From Eledone cirrhosa (Eukaryota): DNA of 64,000 bases. Shown here in pieces: positions 37,976 through 50,421 of this stretch. Both the position numbers and the translations under genes were made by a program. The stretch spans positions 31,868,001-31,932,000 of the forward strand of contig OZ024755.1 in NCBI GenBank assembly GCA_964016885.1. The letters run 5' to 3'. The notes under the pieces were generated by a model, which made no database searches, was not told the origin of the DNA, and saw nothing but the letters and a program-made list of their open reading frames with translations. Within the stretch, counting starts at the first letter, position 1. Every line of letters begins with the position of its first letter.

Positions 37976-38813
37976 AGAGATATATGTAAAATTTTGACGT
38001 GGTGCCAAGCAGTTTCGGCTTGTGTGTTTAGCAAGCCCTTTGCTGAACACACAAGCAGAAACTGTTTGGCACTGAGGTCTGGATTTTATGTATCTCTATA
38101 CACACTCTGCATCTTCCCATGCATTGAGTACTCCATAATTAGTGGGTTTCCCAGGTCTCGGCATCGCAGACTCTCTTTTTATATATATATTATATATATA
38201 TATATATAGAAGACACAACCCTTGCTAGTAGAGAAAATAAACATTCAATAATGATGATGATAAATATGTGTGTGGTGTAAAAAATATATATATATATATA
38301 TATCATCGTTGTAATGTCTGCTTTCTCTGCTAGCTTGGGTTGAATGGATCTACATAGACAAAGTCAGTACTGAAACAGGGTTATTGATCTCCCATGTAGG
38401 CCAGAGATCTGTGTCTCATGTTCTACTGAATGCACAGGAAAGGTTGTTGTCTTTGATACAACTGATGGTCCTCCCAACCCTTTGGCTTTTTACAGTTGGA
38501 TGCCCTTCCTATTACCATCCAATTTACAGCATGTACTGGCTGTGTTTATCATGGAGATCACCAACACTAGGGAGATGGTTGTACCCTTGACATGACTAAG
38601 AGGTCCTCCCAGCCCTTTGTATGGCAGGCTTTCTGGATGCTCTTCCTATCACTGACAACTTTACTGTGTGTACCGTGTGCATTTATCATGATTGTGTGTG
38701 TGTGTGTGTGTGTACACACTTTCAAAAGGCTTACTTGTGGTGATAGAAATCTTTTGCTATCTAGGTGGTCTCATTAGTAATGAAGGTGGGTGTACTGAAA
38801 GTGTTATAACCAG

Positions 38814-39049
38814 AGCATTTAAACGGGCTGTATCATTAAACATTATAGCATTTAAAATGGCCGTATCCAGCCAGAACTCTTTCACCTCTTACTGTTCAAA
38901 CCAACCATAACTGGCCGCTCACACTAACGTTAAGGTATTGTTCTCAAAATAAATATCAAAATCTCATAGATTCGATATTATGTGTAGTAAAGCCTTTACT
39001 GCAAAACTACAATAGTAAATATAGAGTAATGTAAATGTTAAAGGGTTAA
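38814..39049 (-). mobile_element. piggyBac-type MITE
   Basis: Family body, ending AAAGGG-TTAA. Confidence 0.8.
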
Positions 39050-39429
39050 AGTCATCTTTAACCCTTTAACAGCAAGAAGAGTTGCAATGTGAATTATTTT
39101 CACAACTACTATAAGTCTTGTAATAAGTGTATTCAATAGGACTAGACATTTTAGTTTTGTGGTGGGTTTGATGCCTTTTGCAGTTGTATGTAAAAAATGA
39201 TGTAACCATCTTTTTTTTTTTTAGTTTAGTAATAAGATATGAATGGATTAGCAGTTGAATTAAAGTGTTTATGAAAGAAATTAAACGAGGGTATGATAAG
39301 AAATTGTTTAAACAATAAGATTGTTATATTGGGATGCAAAGGGAGAATATGAAGATGGAGAGATGATTGTAACAATAGCAGTTGAGGGTTTAGTTACATT
39401 TAATTTATATATATATATATATACATATA

Positions 39430-39758
39430 CAGTGTACCCCTGACATTCGCGGAATTTTCCTTAGAAGCTAACTGAAAAATATTCGCGGAATTGTAAATAT
39501 CTTTCGCGATTTTTTTTAATGGCTTTTTTTTTGTGGCAATATATATATTTTTTTAACACTAAATTATTAAAAATATATCGTTTTTGCCGGCCTATTGGAC
39601 GCCCCTTCGCACAAGACGCTTCCTCTTCTTTTACTATATTTTACGTTATATTTTGACGTTTATAGGCATTTTTATGGACCATGTCCAATATTCGCGGTTT
39701 TTCACTCTTCGCAGGTACTCTAGGAAAGTAACCTCCGTGAATACTGGGGGGACAACTA
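39430..39758. mobile_element. Tc1/mariner (Tigger-like) MITE
   Basis: TA-CAGTGTACCCC..ATTCGCGG ... CCGTGAATACTGGGGGGACAACTA-TA imperfect TIRs; repeated internal TTCGCGG. Confidence 0.6.
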
Positions 39759-39903
39759 TATAGATATATAAAGTTAATTCCACAACTTATTAGCAAACCA
39801 TCTTCAAGCTTTTGCTAATATATTGTGGAACTAACTTTAGACAGAGCTCATCCTATGGACTGAGTGCTCTACTTACTACAGACATAACCTCCTGGTGTTC
39901 TAC

Positions 39904-39950
<47 letters not shown>

Positions 39951-39951
39951 T

Positions 39952-40346
39952 ATATTGTTATACTTTGGGAGGGTCATGTTGCCAATAAGAAACACACGCA
40001 CCAGTTGCTTTCACTTCAATTTATTATAAATTTATAAATTTATAAATTTACAAATCTACAAACTTATAAGTTTCTGGTTGGTTGGTTGGTTCCACAACCA
40101 GATAGTTGTTTATATATAGTCATAGTCCTTTCGTCACACACTCTGTGACCTCATCAGTGACTGGGGATTCCTTTCTTTGTTTCTGTGCCTTTCCTTTCTT
40201 CTGTCCTATGCCATTTTGTTTCAACCAACCAGAAACTTATAAGTTTGTAAATTTATAAATTTATAAATTTATAATAAATTGAAGTGAAAGCAACTGGTGC
40301 GTGTGTTTCTTATTGGCAACATGACCCTCCCAAAGTATAACAATAT
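39952..40346. repeat. Fold-back element (~125-bp near-perfect arms) flanked by (TA)n
   Basis: 39952-~40087 is the reverse complement of ~40223-40346. Confidence 0.92.
40118..40162 (-). ncRNA. Minimal type I hammerhead ribozyme motif in the fold-back loop
   Basis: Minus strand AGTCA-CTGATGA-G-GTCAC(AGAGTGT)GTGAC-GAAA-GGAC-TA-TGACT: perfect 5-bp stems I and II, minimal stem III, triplet CUA. Confidence 0.78.
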
Positions 40347-40664
40347 CGGTTTCAACACACGATTTCAGATAAAGAATCTTGCTAAACAAATTCAGAAACG
40401 ATATATATATATATATATATAAAGTTTCAGAAGATCTTGTTAAGGGTGAAAGCAGCAATTCTTTGCTTAAACTTTAATCTGTTCTTATAATAAATATTTG
40501 CTCTACGGGTTTATATATATTTTATATATATATAATCCTTATCGAGCCCTCTTCAGATTTTAGTCTTCACATTTATTATTCCTCTATATTTATTTATATA
40601 TATATATATAGAGAGAGAGAATTAAGGTGTTCCCTCCAACATAGCTGTATACATACATGTAAGG

Positions 40665-40870
40665 TATATAAGGTTTGTATATTGAATAATATATATGTTT
40701 ACAAATAAATATTTTGAAAGCCTTTAGCTATGAATTTTGAAGGTGGTGGCCAGTACCACTCATCTAATTCCAACTGGAATTAGGTGGGCCACAACCTTTA
40801 AAATTCATAGCTAAAGGCTTTCAAATGTTTATTTATAAACATATCGTATATTTATTCGATATACAAATCT
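40665..40870. repeat. Diverged fold-back element flanked by (TA)n
   Basis: TTTGAAAGCCTTTAGCTATGAATTTT / AAAATTCATAGCTAAAGGCTTTCAAA with extended imperfect arms. Confidence 0.8.
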
Positions 40871-40888
40871 TACATACATACATGTATG

Positions 40889-40927
<39 letters not shown>

Positions 40928-41044
40928 CATGGATGTATAATATGTATAATATATATATATATATATTAGCATGGAAAATGGCCGTTAAATGATGATGATG
41001 ATATATATATATATATATATATTTATCATCATCATGATGATGAT

Positions 41045-41610
41045 ATATATATATATTTATCATCATCATCATCACCGTTTAAAATCCATTTTTCCATGCT
41101 AGCATGGGTTAGATGAGTTATCTTGTGAGCCGTGCCAGGTCAGGTGACCCTGCCTTGCTCATACAGAACTGATTTTGGCTTGGTTTCTATAGCTGGATGC
41201 CCTTCTTAACGTCAACCTCATTAACAGTGAGTACTGGGTGCTTTTTGTGACACATATACGACTACTTTACAGTGTGGGCTGGGCGCTTTTTGCTATGTCA
41301 CCATCACAACCATTTTACACTGGGCTGGGTGTTTTTTGCCATGTCACTATCATGACCATATTACTGTGTGGGCTGGGCGCTTTTTGCCATGTCACCATCA
41401 TGACCACTTTACAGTGTGGGCTGGGTGCTTTTTCCCATATCACCATTACAACCACTTTACTGTGGGTGCTGGGCACTTTTAGCCATGTCACCATCACGAC
41501 CACTTTACAGTGTGGGCTGGGCGCTTTTTCCCATATCACCATCACAACCACTTTACTGTGGGTGCTGGGCACTTTTAGCCATGTCACCATCACGACCACT
41601 TTACAGTGGC
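41045..41610 (-). mobile_element. SINE 3' part with an internal ~45-bp minisatellite (41225-41610)
   Basis: GCTGGATGCCCTTC..AAC segment followed by tandem GTGTGGGCTGGGCGCTTTTTGCCATGTCACCATCACGACCACTTTAC units. Confidence 0.8.
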
Positions 41611-41982
41611 TTCACTGGATGTATAATTCAGCCTGTCCTCATGGGAAATGTAAGGGAGTGGGTAGGGTCGATTGGTACATATATATATTGTTTTATTTAT
41701 TATGAGTGTTCAGAACAGCCTTCATTTACTTATGTTCTATATTTTTATGATAGTTATTTGCTAACAATATCTTTGGGCATTTGAGATATTGATGACTCAA
41801 ACAGGGGTAGGTGTTTGGTTAAAGCAAACTACAGCCAGGAGCAGAAATGGGAAGAGCAACCCTGTCTTTGACTACTTCTGGTTGTCAGGTGCCTCTGGTC
41901 TTTTACCTAACAGTAACTGTTTCTGTTAACTGGACATGAAGGACATGGAACTGAAGAGCCTGTTATTTGTTTAATTGTTTGA

Positions 41983-42191
41983 TTAACCCTTTTAGCATTT
42001 AAACCAGCCATATTCGGCCAGAATTCTCTCACTTCTTTCTGTTCAAACCAACTGTAACTGGTTGCTCATACTTATGTTATGGTATTGTTCTCAAAATAAA
42101 TATCAAAATCTCATAGATTCGATATTTATATGAGATAATTAATTGAAATAAAATGTTTACCGTGAAAATACAACAGTAAATATAGAGTAAT
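41983..42191 (-). mobile_element. piggyBac-type MITE, truncated by a SINE tail
   Basis: TTAA-CCCTTTTAGCATTTAAA start followed by the family body. Confidence 0.8.
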
Positions 42192-42845
42192 CAACATCAT
42201 CATCATTTTACGTCCACTTTTCCCTGCTTGCAAGGGTGGGACGAGAACTGATTCTGGCTTGATTTCTACAGCTGGATGCCCTTCCTAACACCAACCTCAT
42301 TTACAGTGAGTGCTGGGTGCTTTTTTTCCGTATAAGTAGTTGATCAGTACTCGGTCATCAGCCCACTTCTGATCATTATAGTTCTTCAGGCCATAACAGA
42401 AGAATGTGAGATTGGTTGTCCATGGGAACTTCTGTATGCTGGTGATCTGGTCCTCATAGCTGAAACTATAGATGAACTAAAGAATAAGTTCTGATTGTGG
42501 AAACAATTTGGAATCAAAAGGGCTGAGAGTAAACTTTGTGCTAGAGAGTAAGAAAGAAGACAGGACTCTGATTTTATCAGAGAAGTGGCCTTGTTCAACA
42601 TGTAAAAAAGGAGTAGGCATAAAACTCTATGCAATATATACAATATAAATCTTGGGTACACGAGAGATGTAGAGGGATAACAGGTAGACTTACAGGAAAA
42701 CTTTGTATATAGATGTTCAGAAATATGTAATTTAACAGGCACCAAGCCTCCATAGGCATTAGAAATCTAACAGTACCTAACTGCAACTTGCAACTACTGA
42801 AACTGCCAAGGGTACTCTCTGAATTCTTAGTCTTCCGAAGAACAT

Positions 42846-42887
<42 letters not shown>

Positions 42888-42972
42888 GGAGGTGAGTTTT
42901 ATTGTAGTACAATAAAGCAATGCAGATATCGGATAAGAAGCACTCTACAGTTTGTAGGACTGGAGTATACAT

Positions 42973-43198
42973 AATATATAAGAACAAAAGATGGTTAAAG
43001 GAGTTCCATGTATTTTATTATGCGCATTTCAAAAACAAATATCATCATGCAATATGTTGATTTAAAACTGTTTTTTAGCCTTCATATCATGTCCTCCTGT
43101 TTTATCTGATGAAAACACAAATATTATTGCATGATGATATTTGTTTTTGAAATGCGCATAATAAAATACATGGAACTCCTTTAACCATCTTTTGTTCT

Positions 43199-43206
<8 letters not shown>
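42973..43206. repeat. Fold-back element (~80-bp perfect arms) flanked by (TA)n
   Basis: 42973-43053 is the reverse complement of 43125-43206. Confidence 0.92.
43100..43166 (+). ncRNA. Type I hammerhead ribozyme motif
   Basis: TTTTAT-CTGATGA-long stem II (AAACACAAATATTAT/ATGATATTTGTTTTT)-GAAA-TGCGCA-TA-ATAAAA; stem III is the palindrome ATGCGCAT; triplet AUA. Confidence 0.75.
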
Positions 43207-43235
<29 letters not shown>

Positions 43236-45209
43236 GTGTGTGTGTGTGAAGTAACAACCAACATGCATAACAAGTGGGATGACAGCGAATAGCTTCAATT
43301 CCTGTTATACACAACACTTTTATTCATTCCCTCACTTGGAAAGGAAACATGCAACCAGCATTTTCAGCCAAATTTTGGAATTGAGCGGCTGTGGAATGCC
43401 ATACAACCTTAAAGGGAGCATCATCATTACAACCTAAGCATGCACCAGAAATGAAAGACCATGTAACTTATGCCTGGAGGGTCTGCTTCATATTTTGTTT
43501 GCTGTCGGTCATCTCATCAATAAGAAATACAAGCTTGTTACCAAATGTGTGTACCAGATATCCAAATTATATCATCTCTTTAGATAAAGTATATAGCTCA
43601 GAGATCAGAAAGTCACTCCAGGTGGAGCCACTACTTCTCTGAATTGAGAAATCACAGCTCTGATACTATGGGCATGTGGTTAGAATGTCTCAGGAAAGAA
43701 TGGCTAGACAGATTTTACAGGCAAAACCAACAGGCAGGAGACATGGGAGTACACCCTGAGCAAGATGGTTGGTTAACATCCATGAGCTTGGCTGGTCATG
43801 CTTGGGGATCAAGCTGGATCAGTTGGAGACAGTTGCTTCTGACAGAATCCACTGGAAGGAGTGTTTGAGGACTCTTACCCCACAACCCTCTCACCTGGTC
43901 TGAGAATTGAACTTGCAACTCACAAATGCGAATCCAACTCTCTAATCACACGCCTTCACTTAATTTACTCTTTCTATATAATCAGTTGTCATATATTGGG
44001 GCTTTAATATCTTTATATTACTTAAGCTTTTGTTTTATTTGGATGTCTATATAACATAGAGTAATTACTGAACCTTACCATTTCATATCAGCTCTCATAC
44101 ACCAAAATCTATCTTCTACTACATACGTGATCTTAAACCAGATGTCTCAAACTCAAGGACTCAAAAGGGCCATTAAGTCCTGGGTAAGAGACACAACAGG
44201 CCAAACATGTAATGAAGATGGGGATATATCTGCAATACAGTAGATAACTGCTATATTTTGTTTTTTTTTGCTTCAAAATAAATACAAATACACATAGTAA
44301 GTGGGATGTGTGAATTAGTACAAAAGTTTCCGTTTCAAATATTCCTTAATTCTGTTTTTACTTTTGGTAAATTCCCTTTTTTCTCTTTTCACTTTTGATG
44401 AATTCCATTTATTCTATTTTGTATTTCATTTTCTTTTTGGTAAATTGTAATAAATTGTATAGTAAACATTATTTAAACAGGGAAAACAAAAGCAAAATTC
44501 AAAGTTATTTATATCATCATCATCAATGTTTAACGTCTATCTTCCACGCTAGCATGGGTTTAGACGGGAATTATCCCACTTGAGGCAAGATTGGTCGTCT
44601 CGCCCGTATAGGACTGTCTGGCAGGTTTTCTACGGCTGGATACCCTTTCTAACACCAATCACGTTTACAGTGTGGACTGGGAGGTTTTTACAGTGTTACC
44701 TACACGGCCACATTACAGCGTGGACTGTGTGTTTTTTTTTGTTGTGACACCTACATGACCTCATTTATTTAGGACTGGATGTTGTGGTAGCAACATAACA
44801 TTACAGAGAAAGGGGTGGTGTTGATGGGGGTGGGGGAGTTGAGGTAGTGGGATGGGGGTGTATATTTGATTAAGAGGTGCCTACTGACTAGGTTTCGCTT
44901 TGTACTTAGGCAAGGCGTGTCTTCTGTATTACTGCGTATCGCCAAAGATCTCAGTCCAGTGACATTGTCTTAGAGAGGTACAAGTGTGTAAGGTCGGAAT
45001 TTATCAAATCGTCCCAGATTTTTCTGGGACTACCTACTCCTTAACTTCCATCAATTTTGATCACCCTGCACTTTTTTATACAGCTGTTGTCTTTCATGTG
45101 CATCACGTGACCATACATACGTAGTCTTCTCTTGAGTAAACAGCATCTGATCCCTCTTATTCCTAATATATATATATATAGTTATGTAATAAACAACATA
45201 AGGTAATTA

Positions 45210-45270
45210 TTTCATTTACCACTGGTTTCTTGAAAGCAAACAAATTTTGCTTTCAATCATCAGAATGAAA
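45210..45270 (-). ncRNA. Type I hammerhead ribozyme motif (minus-strand copy)
   Basis: TTTCATT-CTGATGA-TTGAAAGCAAA..TTTGCTTTCAA-GAAA-CCAGTGG-TA-AATGAAA. Confidence 0.82.
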
Positions 45271-45312
45271 AATTCCTGGTGTATTTATTGACATTGAAAT
45301 ACACCAGGATTT

Positions 45313-45373
45313 TTTCATTCTGATGATTGAAAGCAAAATTTGTTTGCTTTCAAGAAACCACTGGTAAATGAAA
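45313..45373 (+). ncRNA. Type I hammerhead ribozyme motif (plus-strand copy)
   Basis: Stem I TTTCATT/AATGAAA; CTGATGA; 11-bp stem II; GAAA; stem III ACC(ACT)GGT; triplet GUA. Confidence 0.85.
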
Positions 45374-45469
45374 TAATTACCTTATGTTGTTTATTACATA
45401 ACTATTAAGCTTTGTAACCTACATAGAGCACTCTTTTTTCCTGGACCTTTCCGACTGAATTACTTCATT

Positions 45470-45528
<59 letters not shown>

Positions 45529-46087
45529 TACAATAAATCATTTTCAATTAGGAAAACAGATAAGGGTAGGTGAAAAAGTTATTACAGCTCAAAATATGAG
45601 ATTTATTACAGTAAACTATTCAAAAGGCTACATACAATTTTATTTGTATGAAATCTCTATCTTTGACGTTTAAGTAAGCTCATAGAACTACATTGAAAAG
45701 AAGACCAAAGACTGTTAATTATATCATATTTTAATTAACACATTTCTTTCACATCTTAAGCACCTGCTATGGTTATAATCAATTAGCAGTTAATTATATG
45801 AACGAAAGATTGGATTCATTAGAATTAATAAAGAAATACAAGAAACAATTTTACCTCTTCGTATCAGTCTGCATATGCAAAAGCTTATTAATATATTCTG
45901 GAGAGATGGTGTTGTTCCCAAGGAGTTTTAAAAAATACAATGATGCTTCATCTTTTTAAAGGAAAGAATGTCACAATAGAGTGTAGCAACTATAGAGGCC
46001 TCTCTCTGCTGTCAACTGTTGTTGTGATTATGACAAATATTATTTTTATCCACCCTAAATAGATCTGTTGTAGTTTGATGTCTTCTT

Positions 46088-46271
46088 TCACCCTTTAGCA
46101 TTTACATTGCTCTATATTTACTATTGTATTTTCATGGTAAACACTTTATCTGACATAATTATCTCACATAATATTGAATCTACGAGATTTTGATATTATT
46201 TATTTTGAGAACAATACCTTAACATAAGTATGAGCAGCCAGTTATGGCCGGTTTAAATGCTAAAGGGTTAA
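46088..46271 (+). mobile_element. piggyBac-type MITE
   Basis: CCCTTTAGCATTTA...TAAATGCTAAAGGG-TTAA. Confidence 0.85.
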
Positions 46272-46355
46272 TCTTAGCCTGGCTTCCATTCTGGCAGAGG
46301 AACAATGAGTATGATTTACGCAGAAAGACTGATGCAGAAATGCTATATTAGTAGG

Positions 46356-46636
46356 ATCCGCTCTCTTGCTCTGGAACCCTGACTCCAGCCTGACTAGGAG
46401 TAGGAAGCTGTCATTCCCTGACGTTATCTCTAGGGATACGGGAATCAGTAGACGGGACCTGGGGGCAGCGATGGGGGACAGGGAATTCTGGGGCCAGCAA
46501 TGAAATCATATCCGCTCTCTTGCTCTGGAACCCTGACTCCAGCCTGACTAGGAGTAGGAAGCTGTCATTCCCTGACGTTATCTCTAGGGATACGGGAATC
46601 AGTAGACGGGACCTGGGGGACAGGGAATTCTGGGGC
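46356..46636. repeat. GC-rich direct tandem duplication (period 154 bp)
   Basis: ATCCGCTCTCTTGCTCTGGAACCCTGACTCC... starts at both 46356 and 46510. Confidence 0.9.
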
Positions 46637-47037
46637 ATGAGTGTGAGATCCATCATCTCGACAGTAGTCGACGAATGATGATAATGATGAGGATGTGGAT
46701 CCTCTCAAGGTTATCATTGGTACTGTGGGTAACACATCCCTGTGGAAACTACTCTGTGTTGTCCAGTTCACATTCTGTTGATAATTACATTTTACAATTG
46801 AACCATGTGTCAATATCATTGGGAAACGTAGTGGGATTCATTCCTGAGGAAAATGGTGTCAAACAGGGTGACATCTTTGCCTGAATTCTTTTTCTTTGTG
46901 TTTTACTGTTGCTCTCACTAATACTTTTGTTGCTGAATGTTCTTCTGGGATATATGTGAGGTACTGTCTCTTCAATTTGCAGAGTTTTTTCTGCCATTGC
47001 AGATATTCTTCAATCTTTTATTCATGATCTCCTTCAT

Positions 47038-47593
47038 CCCGTTAGCATTTACATTACTTTATATTTACTATTGTATTTTCACGGTAAAGGCTTTACCTCA
47101 CATAATATCAAATCCATGAGATCATCATCATCATTTCATTTTACGTCCGCTTTTCCCTGCTTGCAAAGGTGGGACGGGAACTGATTCTGGCTTGATTTCT
47201 ACAGCTGGATGCCCTTCCTAACACCAACCTCATTTACAGTGAGTGCTGGGTGCTTTTTTCCGTGGCACCTCCACGACCACTTTGCAGTGGAATGATAGGG
47301 ATCTCAGTCCCTATCATCTCATTTCTACAGCTGAGTAAACTGGAGCAATGTGAAATAAAGTATCTTGCTCAAGGAAACAACACATCACCCAGTCTGAGAA
47401 TTGAACTCACAACCTTTCGATTGCAAGCTCAATGCTCTAACCACTAAGCCATGTGCCTCCATGAGATGTTGAAATTATTTATTTTGAGAACAATACCTTA
47501 CCATCAGTTTGAGTGGCCAGTTATGGCCAGTTTGAACAGAAAGAGGTGAGAGAATTCTGGCCGGATACGACTGGTTTAAATGATAAAGGGTTA
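47038..47593 (+). mobile_element. piggyBac-type MITE interrupted by a SINE
   Basis: MITE halves at 47038-47122 and 47461-47593. Confidence 0.8.
47123..47460 (-). mobile_element. Full-length tRNA-derived SINE
   Basis: Head GGAGGCACATGGCTTAGTGGTTAGAGC (A box) and GAGTTCAATTCTC (B box); (ATG)n tail; duplicated target TCCATGAGAT. Confidence 0.9.
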
Positions 47594-48327
47594 TACAGAT
47601 GATTGTAACTTAGTTTCACATACTGCTCATGATCTGCACACTCTCATGGATGATATTTCTAAATCTTGTACGCTATTTAGACTCAGCATTAGCCTAGACA
47701 AGGCCTCCAGAAGACACGTCTGTAAAAACATCTTAGTTGAAGGAACAGAATTAAAAGTAGTAGACTAGTTTGTCTACCTGGGCAGCGCGCTTGACTGTCC
47801 TATGATATAGTTTATATAAATATGGTTTTTGGTATTTCCCCTCCTGCTATCACTACCAGGATCATCATCATCATCATCAAGATCATCAATGCTGTTGCCA
47901 CAACCTCACAATCAACCGATTTGGCCAGTACAGTGGGCATTAGCAATATAATTGCCACTGGCTCCACCACTATCACCATTCCAATTTACTCTCCCTTCTC
48001 CACAGTCTAATTTATGACACCGCTGGGGTGGGGGATACTGAAATTACAACAAATAATGCCAACCTCTCTCAAATTCCACCTACCTCTTCACTCACCTTCT
48101 GACCATTAACCCTGCCTACTCAACTTAATCATCACCACCACCACCACACTGTCATCATCATCTCCACAGCTTATTTATTGTATATAATTTCATTAGTTTC
48201 TCCTGTCATCATCACTGTTAACACCCTCCTTACTTCTACCACCACAGCCATTAGTTCTATCTAATCATAATGACCACAAGAATTTCTACTATCCTGTATG
48301 TAGATTCCACACTACATCTACACCAGT

Positions 48328-48685
48328 GTCATCATCATCATCATCATTTCATTTTACGGCCACTTTTCTCTGCTTGCAAGGGTGGGACGGGAACTGATTC
48401 TGGCTTGATTTCTACAGCTGGATGCCCTTCCTAACACCAACCTCATTTACAGTGAGTGCTGGGTGCTTTTTTCCGTGGCGCCTACACGTCCACTTTACAG
48501 TGTGGACTGGGTGCTTTTTTTGCGGTGGCACCTCCACGACCACTTTGCGGTGGAATAAGGACCCCAGTCCCTATCATCTCATTTCTACTGCTGAGTAAAC
48601 TGGAGCAATGTGTGAAATAAAGTGTCTTGTTGAAGGAAACAACACATCACCTCGTCTGAGAATTGAACTCACAACCTTTCAATTG
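48328..48685 (-). mobile_element. tRNA-derived SINE, same family, 5' truncated
   Basis: High similarity to 47123-47460, with one extra internal repeat unit. Confidence 0.88.
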
Positions 48686-48739
48686 TATACGATTTCATAT
48701 AAAAAACCTCGCAAAACTATATATATATATATATATAAA

Positions 48740-48944
48740 AATAAATAACAGATTAAAGTTTAAGCAAAGAGTCGCTGCTTTCACCCTTAATGGGAAGATC
48801 CCATTAAGGATGAAAGCAGCGATTCTTTGCTTAAACTTTAATCTGTTATTTTAATAAATATTTGCTCTACGGTTCTTATATATTTGATATATATTTATCC
48901 TTATCGAACCCTCTTTGGATTTTAGTCTTCAAATTTATTATTAT

Positions 48945-48945
<1 letters not shown>
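48740..48945. repeat. Fold-back element with tail; partial relative at 40420-40580
   Basis: 48740-48793 is the reverse complement of 48798-48851; shared tail TAATAAATATTTGCTCTACGG...ATCCTTATCGA. Confidence 0.85.
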
Positions 48946-48995
<50 letters not shown>

Positions 48996-50221
48996 GTGTG
49001 TGTGTGTACATATTTAGTATGTAGATTCCATATGTGTACATCTTCAGTGTATATCATCATCATCGTTTAATGTCCATCTTTCATGCTAGTATGGGTTAGA
49101 TGGTTTTGTTCTAATTGATGCGGGATTGGTCGGGAGACCATGTCTCGCTCGAACAGAACTGTCCCTGGCAGGTTTTCTATGGCTCGATACCCTTCCTAAC
49201 ACCAACCTCATTTACAGTGTGGACTGGGATCCTTTTTAACGTGTCTCCCACATGTGTGCATATTTTGTATGTAGATTCCATACATGTACATTTCACTAGT
49301 GTATATATATATCATCATCATCATCATCGTTTAATGTCTATCTTCCATGCTAGCAATATATATATATATATATATACACACATGGTTATATATCTAAATT
49401 AACTTATTTCTTTGATTTACCTCTAATTTCTTGACTTTTCTTTTGAATCTTTCTCTTTGTTTTATTTCTTTGATTGCCACTCTTTATATAAAAACTCTAA
49501 TGTACACCCATTACATGTTTGAAAGGTGTGCTGAGGCATGAAACTCTAATCCTTGACTCACTAGTGTAGCTTCACAGCTACAATAAAATATATCACTATT
49601 CACATGTATTGAGTTTTGTTTCTCCTGTTTGTGCAACCAAGCTTAGTGAATGTTCCTCATCTGAAGAGTCTGTCTACAAACCAGAAAACTGCAAACGAGC
49701 ATGGAGCAATATCCTATTCTATCATATATTTCACAAAGAACAGTCCAATCCCAGAAAACAAAATCTACAACCAGAAGTTCAACCCATCCTCTCCAAAAAA
49801 AAATAATTAAAACCCAAACATGTCATCGAGTACCAGCTCTGAAGGGTGGGATTCTTCCAGGGAATCCTTGATGTACTGGCAGTTAACAAATTTGGTTTCA
49901 AGGCCAAATATCAGCTACTGTAAATCAAAGCAATGGAGGACTTTCAGAGTGATAAAAAAGGTAAAGTTTAAAATCTGTTCTAACCCCTTTTAAGACACTA
50001 CCTGCAGCATTTCCACCACTCCAACAAATTGCACTAACCCTAGTCAAAACAGAAAACACTTATGAAGTGAAGTCCTTACACACATCTCCTTTCCTACAAT
50101 ATTGCTAAAACTTATAATACTAACCGTAACACTTAACCAATAGGGAAGCTAAACACTTAACCATAGTCTTTCATATAGCTGAAAGGGTAGAATGCCTAGA
50201 CTTATCAATTCCTTGAATCAT

Positions 50222-50421
50222 CTAAACTCTTTTACATTACTCAATATTCACTATTGTATTTTCACAGTAAAGGCTTAACCTCACATAATGAGATTTTGAT
50301 ATTATTTATTTTGAGAACAATACCTTGACATCAGTATAAGTGGCCAGTTATGGCTGGTTTGAACAGAAAGAGGTGAGAGGATTCTGGTCGGATATAGCCG
50401 GTTTAAATGCTAAAGAGTTAA
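50222..50421 (+). mobile_element. piggyBac-type MITE
   Basis: Family body ending TAAATGCTAAAGAG-TTAA. Confidence 0.78.

Larger units (their letters stand above)
45179..45470. mobile_element. Fold-back element (~105-bp arms plus tail), Penelope pseudo-LTR-like
   Basis: 45179-45286 is the reverse complement of 45297-45404; tail shared with 56390-56650; (TA)n on both sides. Confidence 0.85.

Noticed and set aside
48786-48825. Intact hammerhead in the 48740 / 40420 family
   Set aside because: The CUGANGA box is truncated or mutated (GGGAAGA, CAGAAGA) and the UH site is absent.
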